A stretch of 32,783 nucleotides of DNA. Origin: Halobacteroidaceae bacterium (GTDB taxonomy: Bacteria > Bacillota > Halanaerobiia > B1SED10-174). Position numbers and translations under genes: made by a program. The notes beneath the pieces are model-generated. The model was not told the origin of the DNA and ran no database searches. It was given only the letters and a program-made list of their open reading frames with translations. The stretch is from NCBI GenBank assembly GCA_003550445.1, contig PUKG01000280.1, forward strand, positions 1-32,783, given 5' to 3'. Shown here piece after piece: positions 19,100 through 27,800 of this stretch; positions within the stretch are counted from its first letter, which is position 1; each line of letters opens with the position of its first letter.

Positions 19100-19538
19100 T
19101 TTTCAAACTCCTTATCCAGGGTTTCCCCTGCAAAATAATTCTTCTTTCTTCCTCTCCTTCAATGAAAAGAGAAATAATTAGGTCCGGTTCCGGCAGGTTT
19201 CGTGGAAACCGATCTGCCCACTCCACCAACCAAACATAATTATCCAGGTATTCTTCAAGGCCTAAATCATCAATTTCTTCACCATGTTCCAGCCGGTAAA
19301 GGTCCAGGTGCAAAACAGGTAAATTGGCCTGGTACTCAGACTGTAAAATAAAGGTGGGACTCACAACCTCCCCCTCAAAACCCAGGGCCTTCAAAAGTGA
19401 GCGGGCCAGGAAAGTCTTCCCCGCTCCTAACTGTCCCTGCAGGAAAATAATCTCATTTCCTTTTAAGTGCCTGGCAATTTTATTCGCCAGGAGAGAAGTT
19501 TGTTCTTGATTTTTTACCATTATCTGAACTTTTTCCAT
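19080..19538 (-). CDS. tsaE: tRNA threonylcarbamoyladenosine biosynthesis ATPase TsaE
   Basis: Walker A LQGQLGAGKTFLARSL, then SPTFIL...HLDLYRL. GGAGGGGG lies 6 nt upstream of ATG 19538. Confidence 0.93.
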   Translation of the reverse strand: MEKVQIMVKNQEQTSLLANKIARHLKGNEIIFLQGQLGAGKTFLARSLLKALGFEGEVVSPTFILQSEYQANLPVLHLDLYRLEHGEEIDDLGLEEYLDNYVWLVEWADRFPRNLPEPDLIISLFIEGEEERRIILQGKPWIRSLKNDDFGN

Positions 19539-20733
19539 CCAATTCCCCCTCCAGGAATCTAAATACAGCAGCTGAAAAAATTTTCATCCCAACAGGAATA
19601 GCTTTTTCATCAATATCAAAAAAGGAATTGTGGGCGGAACATTTGGTTTTGTCATCTGATCCCGTTCCAAGTCTGAACATTACCGAAGGAACCAGCCGGG
19701 AAAAATAAGAAAAATCCTCCCCACCCATTGAAGGTGAAAAGTTCTTGTTAACATTAAAACCCTGTTTTAGTTCAAGAACTGTTTTTTCCAGGTTTTTTGC
19801 CATAACAGCATCATTTATTAAAGCGGGATAACTTGGTTCTATCTCCAGGGAAAAGGTCGCCCCAAAAGATGATGTAACCCCCTGTAAAACCTGTTCAATC
19901 AAACGGGGCATCTCTTCCCTAATTTCATCACTTCTTGTCCTCAGGGTGCCTTCCATCGTTACCTTATCGGCAATTACATTTCGGCGGTACCCTCCTTCAA
20001 TCTTCCCAAAGGTTAAAACCACATCCTCACGGGTGTCGATCATTCTGCTGATTATCTGCTGCAAGGAGACAATTACCTGTCCAGAAACAGCCAGAGCATC
20101 CACTCCTGTTTGAGGACGGGCCCCATGGGCACCTTTGCCAAAAATTGTCAAATTTATTTCATCCGAATTCGCATTAATTGGGCCAATACCAAATGCAATT
20201 TCCCCGGGAGCATAGTAAGGGTCAACATGCAAAGCCATAGCTGCATTAACCTCAGGATTTTCCATAACCCCTTCTGCAATCATTGGTTCTGCTCCCCCAG
20301 GGCCTTCCTCAGCAGGTTGGAAAAGAAATTTAACATTTCCCTTGAGCCAAGGCTTGATTTCAGTCAAAACTTTTGCTGCTCCTACCAGAATTGCGGTGTG
20401 AGCATCATGTCCGCAGGCATGCATCACCCCTTCTATTTTTGAAGCATAGGGGACATCCTTTTTGTCCTGAATAGGAAGGGCGTCCATATCGGCCCGTAGT
20501 AAAATTGTAGGACCCTCCTCCTGCCCCTTTAGAAGGGCAACAACACCGGTTTTTGCAATTCCGGATTTAACCTCCAGGCCCAGTTTTTTCATTTCCTCAA
20601 CTATCCGGGCAGCAGTTTTTTCCTCTGAAAACCCAAGCTCGGGGTGCATATGGAATTCTCGCCTCAGCTCAATTATTTCATCAGAAAGGTTGTCAGCTAA
20701 TAGATTAATTTTTTTTATTAGTTCCTGGTCCAT
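19480..20733 (-). CDS. M20D-family amidohydrolase (N-acyl-L-amino-acid amidohydrolase / hippuricase type)
   Basis: HMHPELGFSEEKTA, LRADMDALP, HACGHDAH, and FQPAEEGPGGA. A roughly 20-aa C-terminal tail overlaps tsaE by 59 nt. Confidence 0.88.
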   Translation of the reverse strand: MDQELIKKINLLADNLSDEIIELRREFHMHPELGFSEEKTAARIVEEMKKLGLEVKSGIAKTGVVALLKGQEEGPTILLRADMDALPIQDKKDVPYASKIEGVMHACGHDAHTAILVGAAKVLTEIKPWLKGNVKFLFQPAEEGPGGAEPMIAEGVMENPEVNAAMALHVDPYYAPGEIAFGIGPINANSDEINLTIFGKGAHGARPQTGVDALAVSGQVIVSLQQIISRMIDTREDVVLTFGKIEGGYRRNVIADKVTMEGTLRTRSDEIREEMPRLIEQVLQGVTSSFGATFSLEIEPSYPALINDAVMAKNLEKTVLELKQGFNVNKNFSPSMGGEDFSYFSRLVPSVMFRLGTGSDDKTKCSAHNSFFDIDEKAIPVGMKIFSAAVFRFLEGELDGKSSDNGKKSRTNFSPGE

Positions 20734-21758
20734 TGAGGCATCTCCCTTACAACTTTTTTAAAGTCAAAACAGGTCCTGAGGTTCCCCACCTCATCTCCAC
20801 GCCTGTTTTTAATTACTGGAAGGCGGTATCTTTTCAGTTCTTCTTTCTCCTCTTCAGTTAATACTTCCAGGGCATCCAGGATGTGATAGATTATTGTTCC
20901 AAGACCTCTGCTGTTTCCATCTTCGATTTTTACTGCCAGACCCTGGTCCCGCCCATGTAAACCGATGCAATATACTCCTTCGGCCCCTCCTTTTCCGACA
21001 AGTTTCCCCGAAGTAGCCTGCATTAATTCAGTACACAACCTTCCCCTTCCCGCAACCATGTAGGGTTCGTTTTCCATGGCCTGGGTAACCCTGAGGGCCG
21101 CCTCCTGGTATGAAGAAGGAAGGCTTTCTGGATTGGCAAGGCGGGCAAAAAGAAAAGCCATTTTTTCAACGGGGAGGCCAAAAACCACAACCCCACAACC
21201 GTCAATTCCTATATCGACTTCTTCCCGATTCATTTCTGCGATTTCAGCAATTGTTTCGTGCATAAGTTGCTGCAGGGGATGTTCCGCTTTAACATAACCC
21301 TTTGTAGGCCAGCCCATATGCTGGCAGAGAAGTAACATCCCGGCGTGTTTCCCGGAACAGTTGCTGTATAACGGGGAAATTTCTTCACCCCGGGCCATTA
21401 ATTTCCGGGCAGATTCCTTGTCATAGGGAAGATGGGTTCCACATTCCAAATCCATTTCCGTCAAACCAACCTTTTCCAGAATACCTCTTGCGGTTTCAAC
21501 ATGAATTTCCTCTCCATTATGGGAAGCACACATTAGGGCAAGTTCTCTGTCAGTAAGGTTATATTTTTCTGCAGCTCCAAGGATCAGTAAGGGTAGAACC
21601 TGGATTGGTTTTGCCGATGACCGTATATAGGTTTTCCCTGCGGGAAGGCCTAACTTAGCCACTACATTACCTTTTACATCAACAAGAGCCACAACCCCAC
21701 GGTGGCTTGATTCAACTATTGGACCTCTTACTAAATTTACTAAAGGAACCGTTACCAT
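20718..21758 (-). CDS. Asparaginase II-family protein (PF06089-type)
   Basis: RGPIVESSHRGVVALVD, RSSAKPIQ, CASHNGE, NCSGKHAGML, and GAEGVYC. AAGGAGG lies 6 nt upstream of the ATG. Confidence 0.85.
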   Translation of the reverse strand: MVTVPLVNLVRGPIVESSHRGVVALVDVKGNVVAKLGLPAGKTYIRSSAKPIQVLPLLILGAAEKYNLTDRELALMCASHNGEEIHVETARGILEKVGLTEMDLECGTHLPYDKESARKLMARGEEISPLYSNCSGKHAGMLLLCQHMGWPTKGYVKAEHPLQQLMHETIAEIAEMNREEVDIGIDGCGVVVFGLPVEKMAFLFARLANPESLPSSYQEAALRVTQAMENEPYMVAGRGRLCTELMQATSGKLVGKGGAEGVYCIGLHGRDQGLAVKIEDGNSRGLGTIIYHILDALEVLTEEEKEELKRYRLPVIKNRRGDEVGNLRTCFDFKKVVREMPQWTRN

Positions 21759-21814
21759 ATTAATCCTCCTTATGAATAAAAAAATAGCGAAGTTCTATTT
21801 TTTGCAAAAAACCC

Positions 21815-21851
21815 CATACAAAAATAAAACCTCAAGTAAAAACTCAAGGTT
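21815..21851 (-). terminator. Rho-independent terminator after mazF
   Basis: On the minus strand: AACCUUGAG, loop UUUUUA, CUUGAGGUU (9 bp with 2 G-U pairs), followed by UUAUUUUUG. The hairpin starts at the mazF stop codon. Confidence 0.6.
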
Positions 21852-22207
21852 CATAAATCTATTAACCCCAGGCTAATTTCCAGAGCAGTATTAACCCTGC
21901 TCATAATTTCGGGATCAAGGTGAGCAACCTGGCGCTGTAACCTTTTTTTATCAATGGTTCGGACCTGTTCAAGGAGAATTACAGAATCAACCTCTAGGTT
22001 ACTTTCGTGGGTTTTAATCTCCACGTGGGTAGGCAGTTTTGCCTTTTTAATACGGGAAGTAATAGCCGCAATTATTACTGTTGGGCTATACTTATTCCCG
22101 ATATCATTCTGGACAATCAGTACAGGCCGGACTCCGCCCTGCTCGGATCCGATAACGGGGTTCAAATCCGCGTAATAAACATCACCTCTACGAACCACGA
22201 CTGCCAT
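21851..22207 (-). CDS. mazF: Type II toxin endoribonuclease MazF/EndoA (PemK family)
   Basis: [45 protein letters not shown]...KLPTHVEI closely resembles B. subtilis EndoA (NdoA). Confidence 0.95.
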   Translation of the reverse strand: MAVVVRRGDVYYADLNPVIGSEQGGVRPVLIVQNDIGNKYSPTVIIAAITSRIKKAKLPTHVEIKTHESNLEVDSVILLEQVRTIDKKRLQRQVAHLDPEIMSRVNTALEISLGLIDL

Positions 22208-22481
22208 CGCTGTCCACCAAACCCTGTTCGTATTTCTCCAAAATTTTCAACTCGTCTCTACAGTTGTGTTCATGTGCCACTTGGAGATTAAAGTCAGCCA
22301 TTTCCTTGTAACCCCTTTTCATTTCTTCCCGCAATTCCTGCCGGCGAAGGTCAGCTAAATAAAGCCTCATTGCCTCCCTGATAAATTGACTTCGGTTAAC
22401 ATTTTCTCTTTGAATAAGCCAGTCAACTTCATCCAGCAGGCTTTCGGGCAAGCTAACCATCACCCGCTTTAAATTGTCCAT
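22188..22481 (-). CDS. mazE: Ribbon-helix-helix antitoxin MazE/EndoAI
   Basis: [38 protein letters not shown] is a CopG/RHH fold signature. It overlaps mazF by 20 nt. GGGAGGAG lies 6 nt upstream of the ATG. Confidence 0.9.
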   Translation of the reverse strand: MDNLKRVMVSLPESLLDEVDWLIQRENVNRSQFIREAMRLYLADLRRQELREEMKRGYKEMADFNLQVAHEHNCRDELKILEKYEQGLVDSDGSRGS

Positions 22482-22750
22482 AGCAATCTCCTCCCGGTCC
22501 GATCTGTTTTACCCAAACAAATAGTTTAAAATTTGCCGAATTTAAACTTCATCTACTAATATAGGAGAAAAAAAGTGTAGCTAACGATATATATATTTTT
22601 ATACATCAAAGGAAATACTCCTTCTCAAAGGGAAAAATATTGCCTTAAATTCTTTCCAGAAACACTCTTCGAGTTAAAGGAATTTCCCTTACAGTTTCCA
22701 AAAAAATGGTTTTGTCGCTGAAAAACAGTGTAAAATCAAACTTTTCTCTC

Positions 22751-23878
22751 TTAATCACGGACAAACCGGGGGACCCGTTTACTGATTTTACAAACAACTT
22801 CATAATTAATTGATTTAATCTTCTCAGCAATTTCATCCGCTGTTATTTCCTGGTCTCCCTGACGACCAATTATTACAACCTCATCACCAACCTGGACACC
22901 TGGGATATCGGTTATATCTACTACAACCTGGTCCATGCAAACTACTCCCCGAACCGGGGCCCTTTCTCCGCCAATTAAAACCTCACCCTGATTGGAAAGG
23001 AGCCGGCTAAATCCATCGGCAAAACCCATTGGAATAAGGCCATGGACCTGGGCTTGGGGCGTTGAATAGGTCCGCCGATAACTTATAAAACTTCCCCCGG
23101 GAACTTCCTTAATCTGCACAAGTCGAGCTTTCCATTCTAAAACAGGTTCAATGGATACTGCTTTTTGGTTAACTTCTTCTGAAGGCCAGAGACCATAAGT
23201 CATTATTCCCGGGCGGACCATGTCCAAAGACATCTCCGGGAAATCAATTAGAGTCGCACTATTGGCAATATGAGTGATGGGAACTTCAATCCCCTGCCCT
23301 TTCAGGGCCCCAATTATTTCTTCAAACTTTTCGAATTGGGCCCAGGTATATCCCTTATCTGCCTCGTCAGCAGAGGACATGTGGGACATAACACCTTCAA
23401 GGTACAGCCCTTCCATCCTTTTTATTTCCCGAACCAGTTTAATCCCTTCCTCTGGAAGGGGCCCCATCCTCCCCATACCCGTATCCACCTTTACATGGAC
23501 GGTTATTTTTTCCCCCAGGCTACGAGCCTTTTCTGCAACAAACCTGGCAAGTTCCAGATTGTTAATTGTCAAAATCAGGCCATGTTCAATTGCGGCATCC
23601 ACCTGCTCGGGAACAAAACCGCCCATTACCTGAATTGGGCCTTCCAACCCTCCCTGCCGGAGTTCAACACCTTCTTCAACCAGGGCTACGGCTAGCCGAT
23701 CGGCGCCCGCTTCCACAGCTTTGCTGGCCAGGGGCAAACTCCCATGACCATAAGCATCAGCTTTCACTACAGCCATTATCAGAGGATCATTGCCAACTCT
23801 CCTTCTGACCTGCTGCAAATTATTAGCATATTTCTTCAGGTCGATTTCTGCCCATACCGGCCTATTAATTAGATTCAT
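22751..23878 (-). CDS. alr: Alanine racemase
   Basis: The PLP-lysine motif AVVKADAYGHG, with YGLWP and GFADG. 375 aa. Confidence 0.96.
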   Translation of the reverse strand: MNLINRPVWAEIDLKKYANNLQQVRRRVGNDPLIMAVVKADAYGHGSLPLASKAVEAGADRLAVALVEEGVELRQGGLEGPIQVMGGFVPEQVDAAIEHGLILTINNLELARFVAEKARSLGEKITVHVKVDTGMGRMGPLPEEGIKLVREIKRMEGLYLEGVMSHMSSADEADKGYTWAQFEKFEEIIGALKGQGIEVPITHIANSATLIDFPEMSLDMVRPGIMTYGLWPSEEVNQKAVSIEPVLEWKARLVQIKEVPGGSFISYRRTYSTPQAQVHGLIPMGFADGFSRLLSNQGEVLIGGERAPVRGVVCMDQVVVDITDIPGVQVGDEVVIIGRQGDQEITADEIAEKIKSINYEVVCKISKRVPRFVRD

Positions 23879-25428
23879 TTGTATATTTTATCCTCCTTTA
23901 TTGCCTTCCAGGCCTGTGGTAAAAATTCTACAAGGTCCCCGGCATTAATTCCATAAATTCCTTTTTCATCAACGGCAAAATCTCCAGCTTTTCCGTGGAG
24001 GTAAACCCCCATTGCAACGGCTTCAGAAAGGGAAATATTCTGACCCATTATTCCGGCTATTACCCCGGTTAGGACATCACCAGATCCTGCAGTTGCCAGC
24101 CCCGGGTTACCCGAGGAATTTACATAAACGTTCCCATCAGGCAGTGCAACCAGGCTGTGGGGGCCCTTTAAAACAAGGATTACTTCCCACTCCTGGGCAA
24201 AAGCCCTGGCAACTTCAAAGGGAGCAGCCAAAACTTCATCCTTAGAAACATCTAAAAGGCGGGCCATCTCACCAAAATGGGGAGTTAAAACCGTCCTTGC
24301 CCGACGATCTTTTAAAATTCTGGGGCCGGGTAGGGCATTGATCCCATCTGCATCAAGAATTATGGGTAGATTACTCTCCTTAATTAGCCCCTCAACCAGG
24401 GCTTCAATTTCCTTTCCTCTCCCTAAACCCGGGCCAAGGACTAAAAAATCCTTATTTTTGGATTTTTCCAATACAACGGGTAAAGCGGAACTTCCTAAAA
24501 GCCCCGGTTTGCTCTCAGGTAAGGGGCAGCTAATTACCTCAGTTGCTTTAATTTCAAAAATATCGTTTAAACTTGCCGGAACACCAAGGGTAACAACCCC
24601 TGCTCCGGAGCGGAAAGCACCCTGAGCTGCCAGAAGGGGGGCACCGGTCATTCCCCGGCATCCACCAACAATAAAGATCCGGCCGCAACTTCCTTTATAA
24701 GCTTCAATTGAACGATGGGGGTAGTGTTTTCTTGCCCATTTTTCTTCAACCATGACTGCGTTGGTTTCCGCTTCCTCGGTTATAAAATGGGGAATTCCAA
24801 TATCAATAACTTCAACCTCTCCACTATAAACACAACCTGGATAAACCTGCAGTCCTACCTTTGACAATCCAAATGTTACCGTTACATCCGCCTCAACAGC
24901 CTGCCCCAAAACCATACCGTTACTACTATCCAGACCGGAAGGGATATCCACGCTTAATACCGGAATTTCCTGGCTGTTGATAAAGCTAATGGCTTCCTCT
25001 GCCAGACCCCGAACTTCCCCTTTGAGACCCGTTCCCAGCAAAGCATCTATTATCAATTGGTATTCGCGATCCCTTGTCACCTGCCAGAGGGTTTTCTCAT
25101 CCTTTAAAACAATTACCTCGAGGCCAAGATTGCTGAGAATATTGTAGTTTACTGCTGCTTCCCCCTCTTCGGGAACATTCCCAATCAAAAAAACATGGAC
25201 AGGAAATCCCCGGTGGGCTAGTATTCTGGCTGCAACAAACCCGTCTCCTCCGTTATTTCCAGGTCCACAAAGGATTAATATCTTCTTCTCTCCTTCTCCC
25301 ACCATGGAAACGGCCTTATCAGCCACTCCCTGCCCTGCTTTTTCCATTAAAATAACACCCGGAATCCCGGCTTCTTCAATTGTTCTTCGGTCAATTTCAG
25401 CCATCACTTCACCGGTTACCAGTTTCAT
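23875..25428 (-). CDS. nnr: Bifunctional NAD(P)H-hydrate repair enzyme Nnr (epimerase / ADP-dependent dehydratase)
   Basis: N-terminal YjeF_N region (CGPGNNGGDGFVAAR) and a C-terminal carbohydrate-kinase domain (GGCRGMTGAPLLAA, GSGDVLTG). Start set at ATG 25428 (AAGGAGG 9 nt upstream) rather than track TTG 25437. Confidence 0.93.
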   Translation of the reverse strand: MKLVTGEVMAEIDRRTIEEAGIPGVILMEKAGQGVADKAVSMVGEGEKKILILCGPGNNGGDGFVAARILAHRGFPVHVFLIGNVPEEGEAAVNYNILSNLGLEVIVLKDEKTLWQVTRDREYQLIIDALLGTGLKGEVRGLAEEAISFINSQEIPVLSVDIPSGLDSSNGMVLGQAVEADVTVTFGLSKVGLQVYPGCVYSGEVEVIDIGIPHFITEEAETNAVMVEEKWARKHYPHRSIEAYKGSCGRIFIVGGCRGMTGAPLLAAQGAFRSGAGVVTLGVPASLNDIFEIKATEVISCPLPESKPGLLGSSALPVVLEKSKNKDFLVLGPGLGRGKEIEALVEGLIKESNLPIILDADGINALPGPRILKDRRARTVLTPHFGEMARLLDVSKDEVLAAPFEVARAFAQEWEVILVLKGPHSLVALPDGNVYVNSSGNPGLATAGSGDVLTGVIAGIMGQNISLSEAVAMGVYLHGKAGDFAVDEKGIYGINAGDLVEFLPQAWKAIKEDKIYK

Positions 25429-25792
25429 TTTTTCCAACCTCCTTGGAGATTAAAACCATGGCTACCGCCCATTTGCGTTCGTGGGACATAGAAAGTTTTA
25501 TGTTCCCCGACAGGCAACTTTGCTCACCCCGAACTTTTACCCGGGGTCCATTTGTTCCGGGAATTATTTCAACCTGCTGCCATCCCGGTCTTTTCTCTGA
25601 AGGCAGGGCCTTTGCCAGAGCCTCCTTGGCAGCAAACCTTGCCGCAAGGTGTTCAGCGGGGTTTCTTTTTCCCGTGCAATAATGAATCTCTTCAGGAGTA
25701 AAAATTTTCTCAAGAAAACGGGTGCCATGTTTTTTATAAACTTCAGCTATTCTTTCTACTGAAACAATATCAACCCCAATTCCTTCTATCAT
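25409..25792 (-). CDS. acpS: Holo-[acyl-carrier-protein] synthase
   Basis: MIEGIGVDIVSVERI... and AARFAAKEALAKAL. 127 aa. Confidence 0.93.
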   Translation of the reverse strand: MIEGIGVDIVSVERIAEVYKKHGTRFLEKIFTPEEIHYCTGKRNPAEHLAARFAAKEALAKALPSEKRPGWQQVEIIPGTNGPRVKVRGEQSCLSGNIKLSMSHERKWAVAMVLISKEVGKNETGNR

Positions 25793-25803
25793 TTGCTTTC
25801 ACC

Positions 25804-27627
25804 TCATTCAACGGTTACGCTTTTGGCGAGGTTTCTGGGCTGATCAATTGGACAATCCCGGAGGTCTGCTGCGTAATACGAAATCATCTGAAGTGGGATT
25901 GTTCCCAGCAATGGAGCAAGAAAATCTGATGTGTTGGGGATTGAAAGGAGAAAATCCACTTCTCCTTCCAGGCGGGAAACAAATTTATCCTGAGTCAATC
26001 CCAGAACATACCCTCCCCTTGCCCTTATTTCCTGGATATTGCTAACCATTTTTTCCAGGAGATCTTCCTGGGTTACAAGGGCAACAACTGGAATACCCTC
26101 TTCAATTAAAGCCAGGGTACCGTGTTTTAATTCTCCTGCTGCATAGGCTTCTGCATGGATATAAGAAATTTCTTTAAGTTTTAAAGCTCCTTCCAAAGCC
26201 AGGCTATAATCCAATCCTCTCCCTACAAAAAAAGCATTGTCCCAGTTTTTAATGTATTCTGCGGCCTGCCGGGAAGGCCTTTCTATTTTATGCAGAGTTT
26301 TTTCTGCTTGAGCAGGAATTTCCCGGAGAAAATGTAATAGTTCAGCAAGCTTTTCCCCGTTAAACTCACCTTCCCCCATTTTTAAGGCTACAAGGTTAAA
26401 AGCAGCAAGCATATTCATATACGCTTTGGTAGATGCAACTGCAATTTCCAGGCCAGCCTTAATAAGTAATGTGTAATCTGCCTCCCGAAAAATTGTACTC
26501 CCCTGAACATTTACTATCCCCAGGGTTTTTGCTTTTTTCTCCCGGGCATATCGGAGGGCGGCCAGTGTATCTGCAGTTTCTCCTGACTGGCTTACTAAAA
26601 TCACCAGGGAATTTTCCCCAACCAGCGGAGAACGGTATCTAAATTCTGATGCCATATCCACCTCTACGGGGATTTTTGTCGTTTTTTCCAGTAAAGCTTT
26701 CCCGATCAGGCCGGAGTGATAGGCTGTTCCACAGGCAACAATGAAAATCCGGTCAATTTTTTTCTGGAAATCCAGGATAGACCCTAACTCGGGAAGATCA
26801 ATACCATCATCCTTCAAGGGAGTGGTCAATAATTGACGTAAAACATCAGGCTGTTCATGAATTTCTTTTAACATGTAATGGGGAAAGCCCTTTTTCTCTG
26901 CCATTTCAAGATCCCAATCAATTTCTTCAATTTCCTTTTCAAGTATATTCCCCTGCAGATCAAAAATCTGATAATTCTTCCTGTTCAATTCGGCCAGTTC
27001 CCCATCATCCAGTATAATTACCTTACGGGTATAGGGAAGGAGCGCGGGAATATCCGAGGCAAGGTAAAGTTCCTGTTCCCCAATACCAAGTATCAATGGG
27101 CTGTCCTGTCGAAATGCAACAATCTGATCTGGATTATCCTGGCTAATTACGGCTATGGCATAGGATCCTTCCAGTTTTGAAGTGGCTTTTTGGACTGCTT
27201 TTACCAGGTTTCCCTGGTAAAACTTTTCAATCAGGTGAGCAATAACTTCCGTATCGGTTTCGGAAAAAAAGGAATGCCCTTCGTCTTCAAGCATTTTTTT
27301 TATGGCCTGAAAGTTTTCAATTATACCGTTGTGAACAATGGCCAATTTCCCTTTACAATCATGGTGAGGATGGGCATTTTCATTAGAAGGTTTGCCATGG
27401 GTAGCCCAACGGGTATGCCCCAGTCCAATATCCCCCAGAAATTTTTCTTCCTTCAATCTTTCTTCAAGGACACCAAGCTTACCTTCGGATTTTCTCAGCA
27501 ATAATTTTTGTTCCTCGATCACGGCAATTCCGGCTGAATCATATCCTCTGTATTCAAGTTTTCTTAATCCTTCAAGCAATATAGGAACGGCCCCTTTTGG
27601 GCCTATATATCCAACGATACCACACAT
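25804..27627 (-). CDS. glmS: Glutamine--fructose-6-phosphate aminotransferase GlmS
   Basis: MCGIVGYIG..., two SIS domains, and C-terminal ...LAKSVTVE. Ntn amidotransferases need Cys immediately after the initiator Met, so the start is ATG 27627, not track GTG 27636. Confidence 0.97.
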   Translation of the reverse strand: MCGIVGYIGPKGAVPILLEGLRKLEYRGYDSAGIAVIEEQKLLLRKSEGKLGVLEERLKEEKFLGDIGLGHTRWATHGKPSNENAHPHHDCKGKLAIVHNGIIENFQAIKKMLEDEGHSFFSETDTEVIAHLIEKFYQGNLVKAVQKATSKLEGSYAIAVISQDNPDQIVAFRQDSPLILGIGEQELYLASDIPALLPYTRKVIILDDGELAELNRKNYQIFDLQGNILEKEIEEIDWDLEMAEKKGFPHYMLKEIHEQPDVLRQLLTTPLKDDGIDLPELGSILDFQKKIDRIFIVACGTAYHSGLIGKALLEKTTKIPVEVDMASEFRYRSPLVGENSLVILVSQSGETADTLAALRYAREKKAKTLGIVNVQGSTIFREADYTLLIKAGLEIAVASTKAYMNMLAAFNLVALKMGEGEFNGEKLAELLHFLREIPAQAEKTLHKIERPSRQAAEYIKNWDNAFFVGRGLDYSLALEGALKLKEISYIHAEAYAAGELKHGTLALIEEGIPVVALVTQEDLLEKMVSNIQEIRARGGYVLGLTQDKFVSRLEGEVDFLLSIPNTSDFLAPLLGTIPLQMISYYAADLRDCPIDQPRNLAKSVTVE

Positions 27628-27654
27628 TTCTTTCACCCTTCCTTTTAAACTGCA

Positions 27655-27796
27655 ATACCACCTGCCAGCCCCTTTACCTTACAATTACTTGCAAGTTTTA
27701 AGAACTGGCTAAAGACCGGTGGAAAGCCTAGAGGCATCCGCCGATTATTCGATAAACCTCTTCCTCGTCAACTTGGCCAGGCCAAGTCCAGGCGCT
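27655..27796 (-). ncRNA. glmS ribozyme: glmS ribozyme (GlcN6P-dependent self-cleaving riboswitch)
   Basis: Minus-strand RNA: A|GCGCCUGGACUUGGCCUGGCCAAGUUGACGAGGAAGAGGUUUAUCGAAUAAUCGGCGGAUGCCUCUAGGC... This matches the conserved core A|GCGCC...GACGAGGA.GAGGUUAUCGAAU..UCGGCGGAUGCCUC. Predicted cleavage is between 27796 and 27795. The 3' boundary is approximate. Confidence 0.88.
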
Positions 27797-27800
27797 TTTT

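Noticed and set aside
22645-22836. A 63-aa minus-strand ORF overlapping the 3' end of alr.
   Set aside because: It is out of frame with alr over 86 nt, has no convincing SD, and has a low-complexity basic/hydrophobic sequence. It is most likely fortuitous in AT-rich DNA.
23270-23808. Plus-strand ORFs antisense to alr (141, 119 and 80 aa). The same applies to similar antisense or alternative-frame ORFs in nnr, glmS, glmM, guaA, the 897-aa gene and the CPBP gene.
   Set aside because: They are all embedded in strongly supported genes on the other strand or in another frame. They lack SD sequences and give low-complexity products.
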